A stretch of 64,000 bases of DNA from an uncultured delta proteobacterium. GTDB taxonomy: Bacteria > Desulfobacterota > Binatia > Binatales > Binataceae. The stretch lies in NCBI GenBank assembly GCA_963773975.1, contig CAVZDJ010000037.1, positions 37,727 through 101,726 on the forward strand. The letters run 5' to 3'. The notes beneath the pieces are model-generated. The model worked only from the letters and a program-made list of their open reading frames with translations. It searched no databases and was not told where the DNA came from. A program made the translations under genes and the position numbers. Within the stretch, counting starts at the first letter, position 1. Every line of letters begins with the position of its first letter. This document shows positions 58,484-64,000 of the stretch, piece after piece.

Positions 58484-59278
58484 TTGTCTGTTTGGTTGTC
58501 TGAACGCCGCGATGCGCGCTGCGCTGGTCAGGCTTTTGCCGTGACTACGAATATGACTATGAACCTGATCGCGAATCGGAATCTGACTGCGAATCGCCGG
58601 GCGGCCGCGAAGTGGGCGCTATGGATATTTGTGGGCGTGATGTCACTGCTCGCGGGATGTTACGTCGGGCTATGGGGGGAAAATGAGCATTGGAACACCG
58701 CCGATTCCGCGCTGGGCGAGGAGCACGAGCTCAACTTCCCCGCCCACGATACCTATCTCCTGACCCAGGACGCGCTGCGCGGCGACGGCATCCTCTATGA
58801 GGTTGGCCCCGACAATTCGCTGCAAACGCTTTGGCGCGCCGCCGACGCCAAAGTCGGGTTCATGCAGAACATGGTCGGAGTGCAGCCGCGCTACCGCTAC
58901 GAAATCCAGGTCACTCCCGAAGGCAGCCAGAAGAGCAAGGTCGTGGTCAACGTCCATACCCAGGGCATCCCCGACAACCAGATCGCCGACTACAAGGCGA
59001 GCAAGCGTTTCTCGCTCTTCGGTGAAATCGACGAGTTGGCGGCCAAGTACCCTCCCCCCTCCAGCACTCCCGCCTCCGGCGGAGTCAATTTCACCCTGCT
59101 GCCCAACGAGGACCTGAGGGGACTGGCCAAGCGCGTGACCGGCAGCGAGGGCAACTGGAAGCAGATCGCCAGAGACAACAGCCTCAAATCGCCCACCGAC
59201 GTCACTCCGTTCCAGAGCATCTGGGTCGCCGGCGATCTGCTCAAGAGGTCCTCGGACAAGGCCCCCTCGGCCGAATAG
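58484..59278 (+). CDS. Hypothetical lipoprotein
   Basis: The signal peptide ends in LLAGC (a lipobox). I recognised no family. The start is uncertain (GTG or ATG within the first 25 codons). Confidence 0.45.
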   Translation: MSVWLSERRDARCAGQAFAVTTNMTMNLIANRNLTANRRAAAKWALWIFVGVMSLLAGCYVGLWGENEHWNTADSALGEEHELNFPAHDTYLLTQDALRGDGILYEVGPDNSLQTLWRAADAKVGFMQNMVGVQPRYRYEIQVTPEGSQKSKVVVNVHTQGIPDNQIADYKASKRFSLFGEIDELAAKYPPPSSTPASGGVNFTLLPNEDLRGLAKRVTGSEGNWKQIARDNSLKSPTDVTPFQSIWVAGDLLKRSSDKAPSAE

Positions 59279-59341
59279 GACCGCCGCCCAGGGCGCGGCC
59301 TATGGTGGATGTACTCGGAGAAAGGGACGTGGAGTGACGGG

Positions 59342-59695
59342 TCAGTCGGTGGTCTGGACCCTGAGACCCTCGTCGTATTCCGGACAGAGCCCGGTTGGGC
59401 TGACTGCGGCGACGACGGTGAGAAACTGCTCGAAGGTCATCTGAAGGTTGAGAAAGCCACCTTGACAGAAAACCCAGCCGTAGTAGTCCAGAATCTCATC
59501 CGGAATCATCAGCGGCATGCGTGGGAGGCTGGAGACAATGGGAAAGCGGCGAGGCGTGTCCAGATGCGGCAAAGCCTCGTCGCCCGTTCCGACTTCACCG
59601 TCCACGACGCTGGTCTCTCGCAAAGGGACAACATTGCGCTTGACGCCGCCGCGAAGCATCGATGCCGTCGCTCCTGATTTGCTTGCGGAACTCAT
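59342..59695 (-). CDS. Hypothetical small protein, strand ambiguous
   Basis: It lies in a 540-bp lower-GC islet. Both strands carry an ORF of about 120 aa (59309-59677 on the plus strand, 59342-59695 on the minus strand). I recognised no family. Confidence 0.2.
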   Translation of the reverse strand: MSSASKSGATASMLRGGVKRNVVPLRETSVVDGEVGTGDEALPHLDTPRRFPIVSSLPRMPLMIPDEILDYYGWVFCQGGFLNLQMTFEQFLTVVAAVSPTGLCPEYDEGLRVQTTD

Positions 59696-59817
59696 CGGAT
59701 CATCTTATGCAGGTTTTGACTCCTTGCCAAGTATGTCATGCCCTCTAACATCTGTTTGAGCCCAAGAGAGCCGTTTCTGCCGAGCGCGTCCATTTTGAGC
59801 TAAATAGCTGAAAAATA

Positions 59818-60603
59818 ATGATTTCATACCTTCAAGCGATCGTTCTGGGCGCCGTACAGGGGCTGGCCGAGTTCCTTCCAATCTCCAGTTCAGCCCATCT
59901 GATTTTGGTCCCGTGGCTGCTCAAGTGGCACGATCCGGGCCTCGCCTTCGATGTCGCTCTGCACCTTGGCACGCTGTTGGCCCTGCTCATCTACTACCGC
60001 AACGATTGGATCGCGATGGTCCGGTCCATCACCGGTGGGCGATCCGCGGAGCGCCGCCTGCTGCAGCTTCTGATTGTCGCCTCGGTTCCCGGAGCGATAA
60101 TCGGCCTCGCTTTCGAGAAGCAGGCCGAGACCATTTTCCGCTCTCCGCTGCTCATCGCTATAGCGATGGCCGTCCTCGCGGTCCTGTTGTGGCTGTTTGA
60201 TAAGCTCTCACCGCAAAAACGAACAATAAGCGAAATGACTTATCGGGACGCGCTGGTGATCGGATTCAGCCAGGCGTTGGCGATCATACCGGGCGTCTCG
60301 CGCTCAGGAGCCACGATCACGATGGCGCGAGCGGTCGGAGTCGAGCGCGGCGACTCGGCCAATTTCTCATTTTTGATGGCGACGCCGATAATCGCCGGCG
60401 CTGGATTGGTCGAAGCGCGCAAGCTCATCCATGAGGGGATCGACTGGCCGGTCGCCCTGGGCTTCGTCTCGGCCGCCATTTTCGGGCTCGTTGCAATCGC
60501 CCTCCTGATTCGCTACGTGCGCACTCGCGATTACGTTGTGTTCGCGGTTTATCGGCTGCTGGTCGCGGCGTTTGTCATCGCCGTCTTCTTCGCCCGTGGC
60601 TGA
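59818..60603 (+). CDS. uppP: Undecaprenyl-diphosphatase
   Basis: BacA/UppP motifs (LQAIVLGAVQGLAEFLPISSSAHL and PGVSRSGATI); eight transmembrane segments; 261 aa. Confidence 0.9.
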   Translation: MISYLQAIVLGAVQGLAEFLPISSSAHLILVPWLLKWHDPGLAFDVALHLGTLLALLIYYRNDWIAMVRSITGGRSAERRLLQLLIVASVPGAIIGLAFEKQAETIFRSPLLIAIAMAVLAVLLWLFDKLSPQKRTISEMTYRDALVIGFSQALAIIPGVSRSGATITMARAVGVERGDSANFSFLMATPIIAGAGLVEARKLIHEGIDWPVALGFVSAAIFGLVAIALLIRYVRTRDYVVFAVYRLLVAAFVIAVFFARG

Positions 60604-60670
60604 GCGCCCGCGAACGGCCATCGCTTCAACACCTCCCATCGCGCGCCTCAGCCACCGCACCGCCGGGATC

Positions 60671-61588
60671 ATGATGGCGGCGCTGTGCACCGTGACGGCC
60701 GCCACCCAGCCGGCCTTGATGCGTTTCGGCGCGACACGGCTGGATCCGATGCTGTTCGCGGCCGGATGCGCGGTGGTGGCGACGTTATGGGTCCTGCCTG
60801 TGGTTTATGCGCGCGGCGAACTGGCCCTGCTGGTCGACCGGCGTTACCGGATGCGGCTGCTTACGCTCTCGATCATCGGAACGGTTGTGACGACCCTCAC
60901 CTTGATCTTTGGCCTGCGCCATATCGACGCGGTGGCCGGGACCCTGTTGCTCCAGAGCGAGCCGGTCTACTCGCTGATGCTCGCGACGCTCTTCCTCGGA
61001 GAACGCCCCGCGCTGCGCCAACTGGCCGCGACCGCAATCATAATCATCGGCATCGTCTCGGCGATCGGCGCGTCGAGCGGCGCCTATGCGCCGGCGTGGG
61101 CGGCAATGCTGGTCGCGGGCACGCCGCTGCTCTGGCAGACCTCGCATGTCCTATCGCTGCCGGTGATGCCGCCGCTGTCGCCGTTGTGCATGACGGCCGC
61201 TCGTTACGGTTACGCCGCCATCGTGCTGACGCTGACCCTGGCCGTGGTCGATCCGCGCGCGGTGACGCAGCTCGCGGACCCGATGGTGCTCGGAACGATC
61301 GTTGTTACCGGCACGGTGTGCTATTTCCTCGCTTCGCTGGCCTGGTACGCGGCGATCAGCCGGTTGTCGCTGGCCTGGACGACCGCGCTGGTTATCCCAG
61401 GCATCCCGTTGCTGTCGATCCTCTGCGCGATCGTCTTCCTGGGCGAGCGCGCGACCCGGCGCGATCTTATCGGGATCGTCGTAGCGATCTCGGGCGTGCT
61501 GTTGCTGGTGCTCGGCGCCGAGGGCGTACGCCACGCGCCGACCACACCGGCGCAGGCGGCGGAAGCAATCCATCAGCCCATGAATTAA
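60671..61588 (+). CDS. EamA/DMT (drug/metabolite transporter) family transporter
   Basis: Ten predicted transmembrane segments with two EamA repeats. I take the start at MMAALC (60671). Confidence 0.65.
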   Translation: MMAALCTVTAATQPALMRFGATRLDPMLFAAGCAVVATLWVLPVVYARGELALLVDRRYRMRLLTLSIIGTVVTTLTLIFGLRHIDAVAGTLLLQSEPVYSLMLATLFLGERPALRQLAATAIIIIGIVSAIGASSGAYAPAWAAMLVAGTPLLWQTSHVLSLPVMPPLSPLCMTAARYGYAAIVLTLTLAVVDPRAVTQLADPMVLGTIVVTGTVCYFLASLAWYAAISRLSLAWTTALVIPGIPLLSILCAIVFLGERATRRDLIGIVVAISGVLLLVLGAEGVRHAPTTPAQAAEAIHQPMN

Positions 61589-61687
61589 TTGCGATGAATA
61601 ACTGCGATGATTCGACTGCGAATTGACCGCTGCTCCGGTCGACTGTCGCGCGCGCGACGGTTTGACTAACAATTAGGGCTGGTCTTT

Positions 61688-61748
61688 AGTGGCGGAGAAG
61701 TCAGTGGCTGAGAAGTGAGTGGGTCGAAATTTCAGTGACTTGGAAATC
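61688..61748. repeat. Four imperfect direct repeats of about 15 bp (iteron-like) upstream of the CDGSH gene
   Basis: The four repeat units are AGTGGCGGAGAAGTC, AGTGGCTGAGAAGTG, AGTGGGTCGAAATTTC and AGTGACTTGGAAATC. A 14-bp perfect palindrome GTCGCGCGCGCGAC lies about 45 nt upstream. Confidence 0.7.
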
Positions 61749-61800
61749 GCGGCGCGAGCCGGCACGGCCGCGCGCCGGGCAAAAATGACAGGAGATCGCG

Positions 61801-62004
61801 ATGGCCAGATTGGTCGAACACGAGCGCAACACTCCCTACGAAATCGCCGAGGGCACCGAACTGCCAGTGTATATCTGCGCCTGCGGCCTTTCCAAGAACA
61901 AGCCGTTTTGCGACGGCTCGCACAAGCGCACCCGCGACGAGGAAAGCGCCGCGCTCTACTGCTACGATGAGAGCGCGCGGGTCAAGGTCGAGAAGAAATA
62001 CTAA
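61801..62004 (+). CDS. CDGSH-type iron-sulfur domain protein (mitoNEET-like zinc finger)
   Basis: [16 protein letters not shown] matches the signature C-x-C-x(8)-P-x-CDGSH exactly. 67 aa. Confidence 0.8.
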   Translation: MARLVEHERNTPYEIAEGTELPVYICACGLSKNKPFCDGSHKRTRDEESAALYCYDESARVKVEKKY

Positions 62005-62123
62005 GCGCCGCCGGGGCGGATGCGCGGCGCGGCGAGATTCATGCGCCGCCCGATCCGCGCAGAGCTGCAACACTCTTCGCCGCGGCGCGCACGATGATCC
62101 CGCTCTCGTGAATCTGTATCCTC

Positions 62124-63977
62124 GTGGGAATGGATGACGCGGCGTCAGGCGCTACCCAACCCCGGTTGTCACCTGACCCGCGCTCGCCGTTGGCGTCGCC
62201 CGGCGGCGGCGACGGCGCGCGCGGTCTCGCCTGGTTTAGCGATCTTGCCGAGCCGCCGTTGGCGATTGTCGTCCTCATCCTGGTCGGGATTGCTCTGTTC
62301 CTGGTCAACCTCGGCGGTTATCCGTTCTATACCAAGGGCGAGCCGCGCGAGGCGGTCATCGTTTTCAACATGCTGCACGGCGGCGGATTCATCCTGCCGC
62401 TGCGTGCGGGAATCGAAGTCCCTTCCAAGCCGCTCCTGATGCACTGGCTGGCGGCGATCATCTCGATACTCGCCGGAGGCGTCAGCGAGTGGACGGTGCG
62501 CCTGCCCTCGGGGCTGTTTGCGATCGGCGGGATGCTGGCGGCGTATCTGTACGTGCGCCGCCTCTGCGACGATCGCGTCGGCTTCCTCGCCGCGCTCATC
62601 CTTGGCACCACGGCGGAGTATCTGCAGGCCGGAAGCGGCGCGCGCGTCGACATGACGCTCACGTTCTTCCTCGAGATCGCGTTCTTCGAATTCATTCTGA
62701 TCGCGGAAGGCCTGACGGCGCGGCGGATGACGCTGTATTTTGCGATTGCGATGGCGGTGCTGAGCAAGGGGCCGGTGGGGCTCGTCCTGCCGGCACTGGT
62801 CGCGCTCGTGTGGATCACGGTCGAAGGCCGATGGAAACTGATCCGCGAGCTCCGCCTGGTGCGCGGCGCGGCGCTGGTCGTGCTGCTGGCCGGGGGATGG
62901 TACCTCGCGGCGGCGCTGGAGGGCGGGATGCCTTTCGTGCACAAGCAGCTCCTGGCCGAGAATCTCTTCCGTTTCGTGCGCGACCGCGCCTTTCGTGAGG
63001 GCCACGCCCATCCCTTCTATTACATGGAGGGGGCACTCGTAGCGGGTTTCCTGCCATGGACGCCGCTGCTGTTGATTGTCGTGGTGCAGGCGGCGCGCCG
63101 GCCGCGCGAGATGGACCCCCGTTTGTCGTACCTGATGGTTTGGTTCATCGTCGTTCTGCTTTTCTATAATCTTCCGCAAAGCAAGCGCGGCGTTTACCTG
63201 CTCGCGCTCTATCCCGCGCTTGCGACCTTGCTGGCGATTTACGTGGAGGCCGCCGCGCGCGTCCTCGACGTCTCAGGGAGCGCGATTCGATGGCTTTCGC
63301 AGATCGCCGCCGTGGTTTTCGTCATCGCCGGCCTTGACGCTCTGTTCGGTTTGGGGATGCTCGCTTTTGCGCCTCATGCGCTGGAACTCGTGTTCAAGAA
63401 TCTGCTGATCACCAACTACGATTTCGTTCCGCAACTCGAGCTTACCGCCGCGGCCCATCCATTCATCGGAATGGCCCTGGGAGTCGCGCTGGTCGCGATC
63501 GGCGTGTTCGCGATCCGCAGCCGGCCGAGCGCGGAGCGCCTGTGCGTGACCGTGACCGGCGGGATGATGTGTCTGGCGCTTGCGGCGAATCTGTTCGTCG
63601 TGCCGGCGCTGGCCAACGCGCTCACGCTGCAACCCTTCGCGAGCGAGGCGATGAACATCGTTGGCACGCGCAGTGTCGGCTACATGGGGGCGCTCAACTA
63701 TGACGTCGCCTACTACAGCGAGCGCAACCTGCCAGTCGTCTCGATCTGGAGCGGACCGCGGCCCGACTTCCTGATTGCCTGGCGCGAGGAATTCCTGCGC
63801 CTGCCGCCCGCGATGCGCGCGCAGTTTCGCGCCGTGCTGCTGAGCCATCCGACCGAGCTCGATGGCTCGGGGGGAATGGTTTTGTTGCGCTGCGAGCCGG
63901 GCTACGCGCCGGAAATTCCAGGGCGACCCAGCGTTGAGCCGCCGCCCTCATCAGAGCCGCCTGAATTCAACGTCTGA
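62124..63977 (+). CDS. Glycosyltransferase family 39 (ArnT / PMT-like) integral membrane protein
   Basis: Multi-transmembrane N-terminal domain with ArnT/PMT-family sequence (YPFYTKGEPREAVIVFNML..., FLAALILGTTAEY..., AVLSKGPVGLVLP). A periplasmic C-terminal domain follows. 617 aa. Confidence 0.7.
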   Translation: MGMDDAASGATQPRLSPDPRSPLASPGGGDGARGLAWFSDLAEPPLAIVVLILVGIALFLVNLGGYPFYTKGEPREAVIVFNMLHGGGFILPLRAGIEVPSKPLLMHWLAAIISILAGGVSEWTVRLPSGLFAIGGMLAAYLYVRRLCDDRVGFLAALILGTTAEYLQAGSGARVDMTLTFFLEIAFFEFILIAEGLTARRMTLYFAIAMAVLSKGPVGLVLPALVALVWITVEGRWKLIRELRLVRGAALVVLLAGGWYLAAALEGGMPFVHKQLLAENLFRFVRDRAFREGHAHPFYYMEGALVAGFLPWTPLLLIVVVQAARRPREMDPRLSYLMVWFIVVLLFYNLPQSKRGVYLLALYPALATLLAIYVEAAARVLDVSGSAIRWLSQIAAVVFVIAGLDALFGLGMLAFAPHALELVFKNLLITNYDFVPQLELTAAAHPFIGMALGVALVAIGVFAIRSRPSAERLCVTVTGGMMCLALAANLFVVPALANALTLQPFASEAMNIVGTRSVGYMGALNYDVAYYSERNLPVVSIWSGPRPDFLIAWREEFLRLPPAMRAQFRAVLLSHPTELDGSGGMVLLRCEPGYAPEIPGRPSVEPPPSSEPPEFNV

Positions 63978-64000
63978 ACCGCGTATGGCGGCGAAATGCA

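Noticed and set aside
58530-58610. Short CTGCGAAT-type repeats inside the 5' end of the lipoprotein gene and again near 61590-61625
   Set aside because: The repeats are very short (7-9 bp) and degenerate. They are probably chance in GC-rich sequence rather than island-flanking repeats.
1-64000. CRISPR arrays, rRNA or tRNA genes
   Set aside because: I found no regularly spaced repeat-spacer arrays, no rRNA-like conserved blocks, and no T-loop or cloverleaf candidates in the intergenic regions by eye. A tRNAscan or cmsearch would be needed for certainty.

Overview
A 64 kb chromosomal segment from a high-GC (about 68%) Gram-negative bacterium, mostly intact housekeeping operons. Identifiable operons are: alr-purH-purD-tsaC-DUF1015-histidine phosphatase plus a small zinc-ribbon gene; a thiamin-pyrophosphate (TPP) riboswitch in front of thiS-thiG-thiE; pcm followed by an nlpD-like peptidase and apt; a molybdate/tungstate-type ABC importer with its own regulator and an outer-membrane barrel; udg-nfeD-SPFH-histidine phosphatase; and a long minus-strand string coaBC, ino1, fdx, apbC, F420-type luciferase-like oxidoreductase, glyA, fprA-like reductase. 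The accessory or unusual parts are: (i) a lower-GC stretch at 1-2.7 kb encoding a repeat-bearing coiled-coil membrane protein and a small secreted protein; (ii) a copper-chaperone cluster (PCuAC, Sco, CHRD) next to a gene-decay zone (fragments of a TonB-dependent receptor, HdeD, a GHKL ATPase and an alpha/beta hydrolase) organised around a 3'-truncated IS630-family element; (iii) a mazEF-like toxin-antitoxin pair after thiE whose toxin is frameshifted; (iv) an oxalate-catabolism-like pair (oxc-like TPP enzyme and frc) split by a MORN lipoprotein and tldD/pmbA, followed divergently by a short RavA-like AAA+ ATPase with no ViaA partner; (v) a frameshifted aldehyde dehydrogenase and a glyA carrying five or more frameshifts; (vi) iteron-like repeats upstream of a CDGSH iron-sulfur mini-protein. 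I found no rRNA, tRNA or CRISPR array. Several long ORFs in the track are GC-driven antisense artefacts and are rejected below.
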